Shown here one piece after another: positions 1 through 10,340 of a stretch of 64,000 bases of DNA. The DNA lies in contig JBMNNS010000001.1 in NCBI GenBank assembly GCA_050942625.1, forward strand, positions 8,891 through 72,890, written 5' to 3'. The position numbers and the translations under genes were made by a program. The stretch is from Dethiobacteria bacterium (lineage in GTDB: Bacteria > Bacillota > Dethiobacteria > DTU022 > UBA8154). A model generated the notes under the pieces. The model was not told the DNA's origin, searched no databases, and saw only the letters and a list, made by a program, of their open reading frames with translations. Numbering within the stretch: position 1 is the first letter of the stretch; every line of letters starts with the position of its first letter.

Positions 1-264
1 TTCATCATTTCGCAACAATAATTGGTTATAACGCTCTGGAAATTCTTCATTTTTTAACACCTGTCTAATCATAATTTCACACTCAAATTCGTCAACAAGT
101 GCATACCCTAAAATATATCCCTCACGGTCAACAATGTAGATGTTGGCATGAATAACGGTTTTTAAAACCTCTGCCACATCTAAAAAGTCCACCCTTTGGC
201 CTGCAGTTTTTTGGAGTATTTTATTGATACGGCGTGTTTTCTCTAACAGGGGGGAAACAATCAA
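1..264 (-). CDS. codY: GTP-sensing transcriptional pleiotropic repressor CodY, N-terminal part (gene runs off the window start)
   Basis: Minus-strand translation 'MIVSPLLEKTRRINKILQKTAGQRVDFLDVAEVLKTVIHANIYIVDREGYILGY...' aligns with the B. subtilis CodY N-terminus ([24 protein letters not shown]...). A TTG start sits at 262-264, 6 nt after the RBS GGAAGAGGTG. It lies directly downstream of hslU, which is the conserved xerC-hslVU-codY order. Confidence 0.8.
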   Translation of the reverse strand, partial: MIVSPLLEKTRRINKILQKTAGQRVDFLDVAEVLKTVIHANIYIVDREGYILGYALVDEFECEIMIRQVLKNEEFPERYNQLLLRNDE

Positions 265-292
265 CTTTTTCACCTCTTCCCATAACTGTAAT

Positions 293-1708
293 TTATAAAA
301 TATATTTGCTTAAATCTCTATTTTTAACAATATTCTTAAATTTATTCCTTACATATTCCTGGTTTATGGTAATTTTTTGCCCTTTCATATCGGATGCATT
401 GAAAGAAATATCTTCTAATAATTTCTCCATGATAGTATGCAAACGCCTAGCACCGATATTTTCCACTTCCTCGTTTACCACATAAGCAATGTCAGCAATC
501 TCCTCAATACCATCATCTGAAAACTCTATGTTCACCCCCTCTGTCATCAATAAAGCAGAATATTGTTTAGTAAGGGCATTTTCCGGTTCAACAAGTATTT
601 GTTTTAAATTTTCCTTGGATAGACTTTGCAGTTCTACCCTGACGGGGAACCTGCCCTGGAGTTCGGGGATAAGATCAGAGGGTTTTGTAAAATGGAAAGC
701 CCCGGCAGCAATAAATAACATATAATCCGTCTTTACTGGTCCGTACTTTGTCATAACTGTTGATCCTTCTACAATAGGCAAGATGTCACGTTGAACCCCT
801 TCCCTGGAAACATCAGGACCTCCACTTGTAATTTCTTTGCCGGTAATTTTATCAATTTCGTCCAGAAAAACAATTCCGTACTGTTCTGCTCTTTCTACTG
901 CTTCATTGATAACTTCATCCATGTCGATCAGCTTTTCCCCTTCCTCTTGCTTGAAAAGCTTTCTCGCCTGTTTTAAAGGAACCTTTTTTTTCTTCTTCTG
1001 GCGTAGCAACAAATTTCCAAATAAATCTTGCATGTTGAGACCTATTTCATCCATGCCAAGCCCTGAAAAAACCTTTTGCATAGGAGGAGCATTGTCTTCT
1101 ACCTCAACCTCCACCAGAATATCCTCTAACTGACCTCCTTTTAATTTTTCCTGTATAACTTTACGTTGTTCGCTGATGTTTTTCCCGGTACTGCTATCCC
1201 CATTTTCCTGTGAAATATGACTATTCTCTAATGGAGACTGAAAAAACATACTGAAAGGGTTATTTTTTTGTTGCTGCCCTGGCGGTGGAACAAGTATATC
1301 TAGAAGCCTCTTTTCGGCTAATTCTAAAGCTTTAAGTTCTACAGCTTTCATCTTTTCTGCTTTTACGATTCTTACAGAAGTATCCACAATATCCCTAACA
1401 ATTCCCTCAACATCTCTGCCCACATAACCTACTTCAGTAAATTTAGTAGCCTCTACCTTCACAAAAGGAGCATTAACAAGTCTGGCTAACCGCCTGGCAA
1501 TTTCCGTTTTTCCGACCCCGGTTGGGCCTATCATGATTATATTTTTAGGAAATATTTCTTCTTTAATCTTTCCCCTGAGATTTCTGCGACGATACCTATT
1601 GCGCAAGGCAATGGCCACACTTTTTTTAGCTTCTTCCTGACCAATAATATACTTATCAAGTTCCTCAACAATTTCTCTAGGGGTTAGTACAGTTTCCAGG
1701 TTGGACAT
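293..1708 (-). CDS. hslU: ATP-dependent protease ATPase subunit HslU
   Basis: '[41 protein letters not shown]' and '[15 protein letters not shown]' (Walker A) match the HslU/ClpY N-terminus. The ORF track extends to 1750, but the MSNLETV start at 1708 matches homologues. GGAGGTG lies upstream. Confidence 0.93.
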   Translation of the reverse strand: MSNLETVLTPREIVEELDKYIIGQEEAKKSVAIALRNRYRRRNLRGKIKEEIFPKNIIMIGPTGVGKTEIARRLARLVNAPFVKVEATKFTEVGYVGRDVEGIVRDIVDTSVRIVKAEKMKAVELKALELAEKRLLDILVPPPGQQQKNNPFSMFFQSPLENSHISQENGDSSTGKNISEQRKVIQEKLKGGQLEDILVEVEVEDNAPPMQKVFSGLGMDEIGLNMQDLFGNLLLRQKKKKKVPLKQARKLFKQEEGEKLIDMDEVINEAVERAEQYGIVFLDEIDKITGKEITSGGPDVSREGVQRDILPIVEGSTVMTKYGPVKTDYMLFIAAGAFHFTKPSDLIPELQGRFPVRVELQSLSKENLKQILVEPENALTKQYSALLMTEGVNIEFSDDGIEEIADIAYVVNEEVENIGARRLHTIMEKLLEDISFNASDMKGQKITINQEYVRNKFKNIVKNRDLSKYIL

Positions 1709-1783
1709 TTTTGGCGGAAAACGCACCTCCATAAAAACAAATTTCTTCATCAGGCTTATCTCGGGCTTATCCAGATTAATTGA

Positions 1784-2314
1784 TCAGATTTCTTCTACTG
1801 AAATATGATTATTAGTGTAAACACAAATTTCCGATGCTATAGTTAGGGCTTCGCGAGCAACTTCAGCAGGCGAAAGTTTAGTATTTCTGACAAGGGCCCG
1901 GGCAGCAGCCAGTGCATAAGCACCTCCAGATCCTATGGCGGATATACCATCATCAGGTTCGATTACCTCCCCGGTTCCTGAAATGAGTAACAGGGCTTCT
2001 TTGGAAGCGACAACCAGTAATGCTTCGAGCCTTCTCAAGAAACGATCTGTTCTCCATTCCCTGGCAAGTTCAACAGCAGCCCTGCGTAAGTTACCGTGAT
2101 AATTCTCCAATTGTTTTTCAAATTTGTCAAAAAGCGTTAAAGAATCAGCTACAGAGCCTGCAAAACCGGCCAAAACCCTGTCGTTATAAAACCTTCTTAT
2201 TTTTACAGCCCGGTGTTTCATGATAATGCTGCCAGAAAAAGTAACCTGGCCATCTCCAGCAATAGCCACATTATTACCTATTTTAACCGCCAGAATCGTT
2301 GTCGCACTAAACAA
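1784..2314 (-). CDS. hslV: ATP-dependent protease subunit HslV
   Basis: It is 176 aa and begins 'TTILAVK...GDGQVTFG', the N-terminal Thr nucleophile family. It sits immediately upstream of hslU. Confidence 0.93.
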   Translation of the reverse strand: MFSATTILAVKIGNNVAIAGDGQVTFSGSIIMKHRAVKIRRFYNDRVLAGFAGSVADSLTLFDKFEKQLENYHGNLRRAAVELAREWRTDRFLRRLEALLVVASKEALLLISGTGEVIEPDDGISAIGSGGAYALAAARALVRNTKLSPAEVAREALTIASEICVYTNNHISVEEI

Positions 2315-2366
2315 TAAATATCACCCTTCATGTTTCCGAAATTTAGATAACCTTTAGAAAATTTAT

Positions 2367-3263
2367 CTAGGATCTTGGGTGGGTTTTTAAATAAGTTCTT
2401 TTAATATTTTCTTTTGTTATATGGGTATAGAGCTGGGTTGTGGATATGCTAACATGCCCAAGCATTTCCTGAACAATTCTTAAATCTGCACCGGCATTTA
2501 ACAAATGGCTGGCAAAGGAATGCCTTAATACATGGGGACTGATATCATGGCAGTAACTTATTTTTAGGCCATAATTATGTACCATGCGCCTAACACTCCT
2601 GTCGGATAACCTTTTTCCAAATTTGTTTAGAAATAGTGCAGGACTTTTAATTACTTCCTTATTAGCTTCTTCCAGAACAGGCCTGCTTTTTTTTAGATAT
2701 AGCGCAAGAGCCTGTAAAGCATAAGCACCTAACGGCACCAGGCGTTCCTTAGAGCCCTTGCCATATACTTTCAAAAGCCCTTCTTCCATATCTACAGCAG
2801 CAAGATCCAGGCCGGTAAGTTCGCTTACCCTTATACCGGCCCCATAAAGTACCTCTAGTATGGCTATATCCCTGCAACCCAAAACGGTTTTCTGATCGGG
2901 GGCAGCAAGAAGCTCCAAAACCTCATCAACATAAAGAAACTTGGGAAGTTTCTTTCCTTTTTTGGGAGAAGCAATAATTTCCCAAGTGTTATTCAGGAGT
3001 TTATTTTCCCTTTTTAGATAACTTAAAAAGGCCCGGATTGCTGACAATTTCCTGGCAATTGTAGTCCGAGTATAGTTATATTCTTTTAACAAGGCAAGAT
3101 ATTGTCGCAACAACGGATAATTAATTTGCCCTATATTTATCGAATTTTGATCGATAAAACGTAAAAATTGTAAAATGTCAGACCTGTAACTTTGAACAGT
3201 TAATGGGGCTGCATTCTTTTCTAGCTCTAAAAACTGTAAAAAACCCTTAAAATGATTGTCCAT
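2367..3263 (-). CDS. xerC: Tyrosine recombinase XerC (CodV-like)
   Basis: It is 298 aa with the C-terminal catalytic motifs 'LRHSFASHLL' and 'HVSISTTQLYTH'. Its position upstream of hslVU matches codV/xerC. Confidence 0.88.
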   Translation of the reverse strand: MDNHFKGFLQFLELEKNAAPLTVQSYRSDILQFLRFIDQNSINIGQINYPLLRQYLALLKEYNYTRTTIARKLSAIRAFLSYLKRENKLLNNTWEIIASPKKGKKLPKFLYVDEVLELLAAPDQKTVLGCRDIAILEVLYGAGIRVSELTGLDLAAVDMEEGLLKVYGKGSKERLVPLGAYALQALALYLKKSRPVLEEANKEVIKSPALFLNKFGKRLSDRSVRRMVHNYGLKISYCHDISPHVLRHSFASHLLNAGADLRIVQEMLGHVSISTTQLYTHITKENIKRTYLKTHPRS

Positions 3264-3371
3264 TGCCTATCTTCCTTAAATATTAGCATATTCAAACTGT
3301 TTATGCAAGCAATTGATAGAATATTTTTCGAAATTTCGACAAGTTATTCAGGTTAACGTTGTTTTTAATTA

Positions 3372-5480
3372 CTAATTACCTTTGCTTTTAACCGCATCCC
3401 TTTCCACATAGGTACACTCTTTATTACTGCAGCAATATGATAAATAAGGGCCGCGGGTTTTTCTTTCAACCAAATAATTGTTGCATTGAGGACAAGACTT
3501 ATCCACAGGTTTTTGTGACGAAACGAACTTACAGTTGGGATAATTGCTACAACCAAAAAATTTCCGCCCCCTCTTGCTCCTACGTTCAACAACATCCCCT
3601 CCACAAAGAGGACATTTAACCCCGGTAAAAACTTTTGGCTGCATGGTATAGCGGCAATCAGGGAACCCCGGACAGGCATAAAATTCACCGTACCTGCCAA
3701 ATTTTTTTACAAGATTTTTTCCACAGTGAGGACAAACTTCGTCAGTTTCTTCGTCTGTTATCCTCACCTTTTCCATTTCTTTTTCTGCAACCTCCAAACG
3801 TTTTAGAAATGGAGCATAAAAGTTATTTAATACCATTTGCCACGAGATTTCCCCTGTTTCCACCTTATCCAATTCATCCTCAAGCTGAGCAGTAAAATCA
3901 ACATCAATTATTTCAGGAAAATAATTTTTCATTAAATCTACAACAATAAAACCTAGTTCGGTTGGCTTTAAAGTTTTTTCCTCCTTAACAACATAGCCCC
4001 TTCCCTGAACTGTTTCAATGATTGGAGAATACGTGCTGGGTCTCCCTATACCTTTATTTTCCATAGCCTTGACCAGCGAGGCTTCAGTATAGCGAGGTGG
4101 AGGCTGGGTAAAGTGCTGGTTTGGTTTAAGGGAAAGGAGCTTTAATAGTTGTCCCTCCTTTAATGGGGGAAGCTGTTTGTCTACTTCTTTTTCTTTTTCC
4201 TTATCCTCATTTTCAAATTCCTGATAAATGATCATAAACCCCGGAAATTTTACGGTGGAACCGCTAGCTTTGAACAGGTAGTCCCCTGCTTTAATATCCA
4301 CCTTAACAAGTTCTATCAAGGCCGCTTCCATCTGGCTGGCCAAAAAACGATTCCAGATAAGACTATATAAACGAAATTGATCCCTATTAAGATATTTTTT
4401 AATTAGCTCTGGTTCCCTGGTAATCGAAGTAGGACGAATTGCCTCGTGAGCCTCCTGCGCTCCTTTTTTGGAGGAAAACACCCTTGGTTTCTGGGGCAAG
4501 TATTGCTTCCCATATTTTTCATTAATAAAGGAGCGTGTTTCTTCCTGGGCCAGGGATGATACTTTTGTAGAGTCAGTCCTGATATAAGTGATCAGGCCCA
4601 CAGATTCTCCTCTTTCACCCACCCCCAATCCTTCATAAAGCTGTTGGGCAATCATCATAGTTTTTTTAGTAGTAAAACCAAGCTGTTTTGAGGCTTCCTG
4701 CTGCAGGGTACTGGTAGTAAATGGTGCAGAAGGGTTACGTTTTCTTTCCTGTACCTGAAGCTTTTCTATCCGGTAATCCTTCCCCTGAAGATTATCAATG
4801 ATTGCATTTACTTGTTTTTCGTTTTTAAGATCCATCTTACTGTTAGGATGGCCATAAAATTTGGCTATAAAGGTGTTTTTATCTTCCGGGGTCTCAAAAT
4901 TTCCCTCTATAGACCAGTATTCCTCTCTAACGAAGGATTTTATTTCTTGCTCACGGTCACAGATTAAGCGCAAGGCAACGGACTGAACTCTTCCGGCACT
5001 AAGACCCTTACGTACTTTTTGCCAAAGTAGGGGGCTGATCATATAACCCACCAACCGGTCTAAAATTCGTCTGGCCTGTTGTGCTTCAAATTTATTTCCG
5101 TCGATAAGCCGGGGCTTTGCAAAGGCATTAACAACAGCATTTTTGGTTATTTCATTAAACTCTACCCGGCAGGGAGCATCTTCTTTAATCCCTAAAGAAT
5201 TACTTAAATGCCAGCTGATTGCCTCGCCCTCCCTGTCAGGGTCAGTAGCCAAATATATTTGATCAGCTTTTTTGGCAACATCCTTTAGTTCCGTTAGTAT
5301 TTTTCCTTTTCCCCTGATGGTTATATATTTTGGTTTAAAATTATTTTGTGGGTCAATCCCCAGCTGGCTTTTGGGTAGATCTACCAAATGCCCCATGGAA
5401 GCTTTAACACGATAATTTTTTCCTAAAAACTTACTAATGGTTCTTGCTTTTGCAGGGGATTCTACAATTACAAGGTGCAT
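3372..5480 (-). CDS. topA: DNA topoisomerase I
   Basis: It is 702 aa. The TOPRIM N-terminus 'LVIVESPAKARTISKFLG' is present, and there are several C-terminal Zn-ribbon CxxC repeats (CPHCG, CPLCGG, CPQCN). Confidence 0.95.
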   Translation of the reverse strand: MHLVIVESPAKARTISKFLGKNYRVKASMGHLVDLPKSQLGIDPQNNFKPKYITIRGKGKILTELKDVAKKADQIYLATDPDREGEAISWHLSNSLGIKEDAPCRVEFNEITKNAVVNAFAKPRLIDGNKFEAQQARRILDRLVGYMISPLLWQKVRKGLSAGRVQSVALRLICDREQEIKSFVREEYWSIEGNFETPEDKNTFIAKFYGHPNSKMDLKNEKQVNAIIDNLQGKDYRIEKLQVQERKRNPSAPFTTSTLQQEASKQLGFTTKKTMMIAQQLYEGLGVGERGESVGLITYIRTDSTKVSSLAQEETRSFINEKYGKQYLPQKPRVFSSKKGAQEAHEAIRPTSITREPELIKKYLNRDQFRLYSLIWNRFLASQMEAALIELVKVDIKAGDYLFKASGSTVKFPGFMIIYQEFENEDKEKEKEVDKQLPPLKEGQLLKLLSLKPNQHFTQPPPRYTEASLVKAMENKGIGRPSTYSPIIETVQGRGYVVKEEKTLKPTELGFIVVDLMKNYFPEIIDVDFTAQLEDELDKVETGEISWQMVLNNFYAPFLKRLEVAEKEMEKVRITDEETDEVCPHCGKNLVKKFGRYGEFYACPGFPDCRYTMQPKVFTGVKCPLCGGDVVERRSKRGRKFFGCSNYPNCKFVSSQKPVDKSCPQCNNYLVERKTRGPYLSYCCSNKECTYVERDAVKSKGN

Positions 5481-5497
5481 CTACACGACCTCCATCA

Positions 5498-6604
5498 CTA
5501 AATCCTTACATAGTATTGCCCGGGCATCTGTTTAATAAGCCCCTTGAGTTCTAAATTTAAAAGTAAGAGATTAATAAGGGTAAGGTGCACTCCGCTTTGA
5601 CGACTAATATCTTCTAAAAGAAGGGGTTCATAGGATATACAGTTAAGTAGTTTAAGTTCGTCTTCTCCTATTTCAAGTTCTTCATGTTCTTTGTTTTTTA
5701 ATGAATCAATTGGATGCTTATTATCACTGGGGAAAACTGCTATTTCCTCTAAAATATCATCGACCTTCTCTGTAAGTTTTGCCCCCATTTTTATTAGTTT
5801 ATGACACCCTCTGCTATAAGGGCTACCAATTCCTCCTGGAACAGCAAAAACTTCTCTGCCTTGTTCCAGGGCAAAATCTGCGGTAATAAGGGCTCCGCTA
5901 TTTTCTTTTGCTTCTACAACTAATATTCCCAAAGAAAGACCGCTTATGATCCTGTTTCTGCGTGGGAAATTCCCGGGGAATGGTTTGGTTTGGGGGGGAA
6001 ATTCGCTAACAACAACGCCAGAATAAGCTATTTTTTCCCAGAGTTTTTTATTTTCGGGTGGATAACAAATATCTACTCCACAGCCCAGCACGGCTACCGT
6101 CTTCCCACCAGAATCTACAGCCCCTTTATGTGACCAGGAATCTATGCCGCGGGCCAGGCCGCTGACTATCGCAAATCCTGAGTTAGACAATAGTGAAGCA
6201 AATTTATAGGCTATTTCCCTCCCGTAAACAGTGTGACGGCGGCTGCCAACTATGCCTAAACAAGGTTTTTCATTTAAAATACCAATATCCCCCTTATAAT
6301 ATAATATGGAAGGGGGATCATAAATATTTAACAATGACTGGGGATAAGCAGGTTCTTCCCAGGTTACTGCAGAACAACCGGTTTTCAGGAACTGTTGCCA
6401 GGATTGTTCTGGATCAATTTTTTGGCGTGCATTAACAATTTGCTGTGTCAGGCTTGGACCAAAACCCCCGATGGCTTGAAACTCACTGGCAGAAGCCTCC
6501 CAGATGGCCACAGGGTTGCCAAAATGCTTGATTAATTTTTTCATCCTCAGTGGTCCAAGGGATGGTATTAAGTTTAATGCATGATAGTATTTTGCGGATA
6601 ACAA
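5498..6604 (-). CDS. dprA: DNA processing protein DprA (Smf)
   Basis: It is 368 aa. 'GIVGSRRHTVYGREIAYKFASLLSNSGFAIVSGLARGIDSWSHKGAV...VLGCGVDICYP' is the DprA Rossmann core. It lies upstream of topA as in Firmicutes. Confidence 0.9.
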   Translation of the reverse strand: MLSAKYYHALNLIPSLGPLRMKKLIKHFGNPVAIWEASASEFQAIGGFGPSLTQQIVNARQKIDPEQSWQQFLKTGCSAVTWEEPAYPQSLLNIYDPPSILYYKGDIGILNEKPCLGIVGSRRHTVYGREIAYKFASLLSNSGFAIVSGLARGIDSWSHKGAVDSGGKTVAVLGCGVDICYPPENKKLWEKIAYSGVVVSEFPPQTKPFPGNFPRRNRIISGLSLGILVVEAKENSGALITADFALEQGREVFAVPGGIGSPYSRGCHKLIKMGAKLTEKVDDILEEIAVFPSDNKHPIDSLKNKEHEELEIGEDELKLLNCISYEPLLLEDISRQSGVHLTLINLLLLNLELKGLIKQMPGQYYVRI

Positions 6605-6644
6605 TTTTTTTTTGCCACCTTCAAGATCTACAATTATTCACAAA

Positions 6645-6690
6645 ATGGGTATTTTTTTAGGAATTAGAAACCATGGGTAATTACCCATGG
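6645..6690 (-). terminator. Hairpin and terminator downstream of the aminomutase gene
   Basis: There is a perfect 10-bp palindrome, ccatgggtaa/ttacccatgg, at 6671-6690. On the minus strand it is followed by a U-rich stretch (uuucuaauuccuaaaaaaa). Confidence 0.4.
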
Positions 6691-6730
6691 CTCCAAAATT
6701 AAGTATACTATCAGGCCAGTAGAGGCCCTG

Positions 6731-7963
6731 CTATTCCAAATTTTCATATTCTATAATGCGTTTTTCCCAGGTTCGGACCAGCAACTTGTTAGTTCCCATA
6801 GAGATGAGATACTGGGGAAGCATCGGTGTTTTCCCATAGCCGCCTGGTGCATTTACAATATAAGTTGGTATGGCAAGCCCAGAAGTATATCCTCTTAATT
6901 TCTCCATAATTTCAATACCTTCTTCAACCTTGGTGCGAAAGTGTGAAGTACCTTTTACTCCCTTGGCGTGGAATAAGTAATAAGGCTTGACCATGTTTTT
7001 AAGGAGCTCATGGTTTAATTTTCTCATCAACAAAGGATCATTATTGATACCTTTTAATAATACTGCCTGGTTCCCAAGGCTGATTCCACTTTTGGCAAGG
7101 GCCATTAAAGCTTCCCTTGCATCTGGTGTAATCTCCAAAGGGTGATTGACCTGGATATTAAGATAAAGGGGTAAATGTTCACTTAACATCCGGCATAACT
7201 CAGGTGTAATTCTGTATGGTAATGTAATAGGAACCCTGGACCCCAAACGTTTAATTTCTACGTGGGGTATGCGATCAAGCTCTGTTAGCAACCAATCCAG
7301 GGTTTCATCAGCAAGCATTAAGGCATCTCCACCGGTAAGAAGCACATCTCTTATTTCTTCCGTTTCAGCAATATACTGTATGGCAGCTTCTAAATTTTCC
7401 CTGGGGGTCTCAGTATCCACCTCACCAATATTGCGTCGACGCTGGCAATGGCGACAGAAAGAAGCACACTGGTTAGTTACATTAATAATAAGGCGGTCCG
7501 GATATCTCCGGGTAATTGCCGGGGCAGGTGAAGTAAATTCCTCAGCCATGGGATCCATAACCCCACTACTATCATAATATTCCAGCCCACTGGGTATGGA
7601 CTGCAGGCGAACAGGGTCGTCTTTCTTTTGAGGATCTATAAGACTAAGATAATAAGGCACCACAGCCCAGCGGAATTTAGAACCTGCTAAGGATATTTCT
7701 TCTTTTTCCTCCGCCGTAAGCTCAATTAATTGCGCGAGGGTATCCACATCGGAAATCCGTTTCTTTAACTGCCATTTCCAATCCAGCCATTCCTGATCGG
7801 AGGCCTTAAAAAATGTTTTAATTTTTTCCTGCCGTTCCCTAATCTGTTGCCATTCCGTAAAACCCGTTGGGATAGATCCCTGGTATTCCAGATAATCCTT
7901 AATATTGTCTTTAAGTTCCTTGCAGCGTTTTAAGGCTATCTCCTTACGTACATTTGTTTCCAT
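6731..7963 (-). CDS. eam: KamA-family radical SAM aminomutase; residue signature indicates glutamate 2,3-aminomutase
   Basis: It is 410 aa with the radical-SAM motif 'CASFCRHCQRRR' and the PLP-lysine motif 'NAPGGYGK'. Aligned to Clostridium subterminale lysine 2,3-aminomutase, Asp293 becomes Lys ('HAKGVKGTSHFR' vs 'QCDLSLGLEHFR') and Asp330 becomes Asn ('VNAPGG' vs 'VDAPGG'). Confidence 0.75.
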   Translation of the reverse strand: METNVRKEIALKRCKELKDNIKDYLEYQGSIPTGFTEWQQIRERQEKIKTFFKASDQEWLDWKWQLKKRISDVDTLAQLIELTAEEKEEISLAGSKFRWAVVPYYLSLIDPQKKDDPVRLQSIPSGLEYYDSSGVMDPMAEEFTSPAPAITRRYPDRLIINVTNQCASFCRHCQRRRNIGEVDTETPRENLEAAIQYIAETEEIRDVLLTGGDALMLADETLDWLLTELDRIPHVEIKRLGSRVPITLPYRITPELCRMLSEHLPLYLNIQVNHPLEITPDAREALMALAKSGISLGNQAVLLKGINNDPLLMRKLNHELLKNMVKPYYLFHAKGVKGTSHFRTKVEEGIEIMEKLRGYTSGLAIPTYIVNAPGGYGKTPMLPQYLISMGTNKLLVRTWEKRIIEYENLE

Positions 7964-8038
7964 ATATTAAACCTCCGGAATATAGCTAATATCAAATTTA
8001 CGATAAGGTAATAAATACTTTATTTATGAATTTTTGTT

Positions 8039-8066
8039 ATTATACCATAAATTTAAAAAAGTGTAA
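8039..8066 (-). promoter_or_regulatory. Candidate sigma-A promoter for the aminomutase gene
   Basis: The minus strand reads TTACAC, then a 16-nt spacer, then tgGTATAAT (an extended -10). It is about 75 nt upstream of the start codon. Confidence 0.4.
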
Positions 8067-8118
8067 ATAGATATATTATTACCTATTTCTAGTACGACAA
8101 AGGGATAGTCTGATCTTC

Positions 8119-8484
8119 TTAGCATTCTGTAGAGATTTCTGTTATTCTATTTTTTTCATCAACAAAAACTACCTTGGGGGAATAATTTTGCAGCTCCTCC
8201 TGGGAATAATGGGCATAACTAATAATAATAACAATGTCACCGCTTTGTACCAACCGGGCTGCAGCACCATTCAAGCAAATCTCACCCTTGCCACGCTCTC
8301 CTTTGATGACATATGTTTCCAGTCTGGCTCCATTATTGATATTAACAACATGTACCTTTTCATAGGGCAGGATGTCCGCCTTTTCCAGCAGTTCAGCATC
8401 AATGGTTATACTTCCTACATAATTAAGGTTTGAATCTGTAACAGTTGCCCTGTGTATTTTAGATTTACAAATTGTGCGCCACAA
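8119..8484 (-). CDS. panD: Aspartate 1-decarboxylase proenzyme
   Basis: It is 121 aa. '[29 protein letters not shown]' carries the Gly-Ser self-processing site at VGS. Confidence 0.93.
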   Translation of the reverse strand: MWRTICKSKIHRATVTDSNLNYVGSITIDAELLEKADILPYEKVHVVNINNGARLETYVIKGERGKGEICLNGAAARLVQSGDIVIIISYAHYSQEELQNYSPKVVFVDEKNRITEISTEC

Positions 8485-8487
8485 TTT

Positions 8488-9333
8488 TTACACCTCCAAG
8501 ACAATATTGTCAATTAACCTTGTGTTGCCAAACTTAACAGCGACAGCTATAAGGCATTTGCCCTCAAGTATAGACAAGGGAAATAACTCATGGGCATCTA
8601 CAATTTCAACGTAATCAGGTTTGGCGTTTTGAGCCCGTGAAATAATTTGTAGGATTAGTTGTTTCACCTTTTCTGCTTCCCGTTCTCCCTTTTCTACCAG
8701 TTTTTTAGCTTCTAACAAACTTTCATAGATCACTAATGCCTGCTTCCGATCCTCAGAACTTAAGTACTTATTCCGGGAACTCATTGCCAGCCCGTCCTTT
8801 TCGCGAACAGTAGGAAGAATGATAAACTCTAGATCCATATTCAAGTCCTCTACCATTTTCTTGAGGATCATAGCTTGCTGGGCATCTTTCTGGCCAAAAT
8901 AAGTCCGATCCGGGCAAACAAGGTTAAAGAGTTTTGTCACAACGGTGGTAACACCACGAAAATGTCCTGGCCTTGATGCGCCACAAAGCCCATTGGTCAA
9001 GTTTTCTACCTCTACAAAAGTAGCAAAACCGGGAGGATACATTTCTTTAACAGATGGAGAAAAAATCAGATCACAGCCTACCGAGGCCGCCTTTATTTTG
9101 TCTCTTTCAAGATCACGTGGATATTCATCATAGTCTTCTCCTGGACCAAATTGCATGGGGTTAACAAAAATGCTGATTACTAAGAAATCGTTCTCCGACT
9201 TGGCCTTCTTCATCAGGGAAAGGTGCCCTTCATGTAAAAAACCCATTGTGGGGACAAACCCTATACTTAAGCCCCTTCTTTTAATTTCCCTGATTTTCTT
9301 TTTTAAAGCGGATATTTCTTCGATAACAAGCAT
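8488..9333 (-). CDS. panC: Pantoate--beta-alanine ligase
   Basis: It is 281 aa. 'VPTMGFLHEGHLSLM' is the HxGH motif of class-I-like nucleotidyltransferases. Confidence 0.93.
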   Translation of the reverse strand: MLVIEEISALKKKIREIKRRGLSIGFVPTMGFLHEGHLSLMKKAKSENDFLVISIFVNPMQFGPGEDYDEYPRDLERDKIKAASVGCDLIFSPSVKEMYPPGFATFVEVENLTNGLCGASRPGHFRGVTTVVTKLFNLVCPDRTYFGQKDAQQAMILKKMVEDLNMDLEFIILPTVREKDGLAMSSRNKYLSSEDRKQALVIYESLLEAKKLVEKGEREAEKVKQLILQIISRAQNAKPDYVEIVDAHELFPLSILEGKCLIAVAVKFGNTRLIDNIVLEV

Positions 9334-9382
9334 CGTTTCCCTCTCCCTGTTAAAATACTTCCTGGGCTAAAATATTTTGTTC

Positions 9383-9421
9383 CTGCCTGGGGCTATAAGG
9401 TCCTGTATCCCCAGGCAGGAT
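9383..9421 (-). other. Intra-operon stem-loop between panB and panC
   Basis: An 11-bp perfect stem, cctgcctgggg...ccccaggcagg, closes a 16-nt loop. The downstream U-tract is weak. Confidence 0.35.
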
Positions 9422-9508
9422 ATCCTGAAGGTATTACCTTCCCAGGTTTGTTATTTTCTATTTTTCGTTTTAACTTCAGGCTTCACAGGCCTGGACTGTT
9501 ACAATTAT

Positions 9509-10336
9509 TTATTTGATCTGCTCCAAAACCTCTTCTGGCATTGTGAAAACATGTTTTTCTTCTGGGAAACTGCCATCCCTTACTTCCGACATATATGCTT
9601 TAACCCCTTTTAACATTTCCTCCCTGGCATTGGCATATTGTTTAACAAATTTTGGCCTTTTGCCGGTGTAAAGACCCATAACATCATGATAGACGAGCAC
9701 CTGGCCATCACAATGCAAGCCGGCTCCAATGCCGATAACAGGAATGGAAAGCTTTGCGGTAATAAGCTTTGCTAACTGCCAGGGAATACATTCTAGAACC
9801 ACCATGCAAGCACCTGCTTCTTCCAGTGCTAAGGAGTCCTCAACCATTTTCCTTGCCACTGTGGGATCCTTGCCCTGGACTTTAAAGCCCCCCAGCTGAC
9901 CTACCGATTGTGGAGTTAGCCCCAGGTGCCCTACTAACGGAATACCTGCTTGTGTAATAGCTCGAACTGCTTCAATAATTTCCAGTCCACCTTCGAGTTT
10001 GACGGCCTGGGCCCCGCTTTCCTGAATAATCCTCCCGGCGTTACGAAGGGCATTTTTGGGACTTACTTCATAGGTTAAAAATGGCATGTCTACAATCACG
10101 AAAGCCTTTTTACTGCCTCTGACAACTGCTTTACCATGGTGAATCATATCGTCGAGAGTAACAGGCAGCGTGTCCTGGTAACCCAGCACAACCATCCCTA
10201 AAGAGTCTCCAACCAGAATAGTTTCCACCCCTGCCTCGTCTACCAACTGTGCAGTTGGAAAATCATAAGCTGTGATCATGGTAATCTTTTCATTGTTTTC
10301 TTTCATCTTTTTAAAATCGAGAGTGGTAAAACGCAT
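9509..10336 (-). CDS. panB: 3-methyl-2-oxobutanoate hydroxymethyltransferase
   Basis: It is 275 aa. '[32 protein letters not shown]' is typical of PanB. Confidence 0.93.
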   Translation of the reverse strand: MRFTTLDFKKMKENNEKITMITAYDFPTAQLVDEAGVETILVGDSLGMVVLGYQDTLPVTLDDMIHHGKAVVRGSKKAFVIVDMPFLTYEVSPKNALRNAGRIIQESGAQAVKLEGGLEIIEAVRAITQAGIPLVGHLGLTPQSVGQLGGFKVQGKDPTVARKMVEDSLALEEAGACMVVLECIPWQLAKLITAKLSIPVIGIGAGLHCDGQVLVYHDVMGLYTGKRPKFVKQYANAREEMLKGVKAYMSEVRDGSFPEEKHVFTMPEEVLEQIK

Positions 10337-10340
10337 TTTT

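Noticed and set aside
234-485. 83-aa plus-strand ORF at the window start
   Set aside because: It overlaps the codY and hslU coding regions on the opposite strand. Its sequence is low-complexity and shows no RBS or homology signal. It is an antisense artefact.
1708-1750. N-terminal extension of hslU in the ORF track ([14 protein letters not shown])
   Set aside because: There is no RBS, and homologues begin at the MSNLETV-type methionine. The extension reflects permissive start calling.
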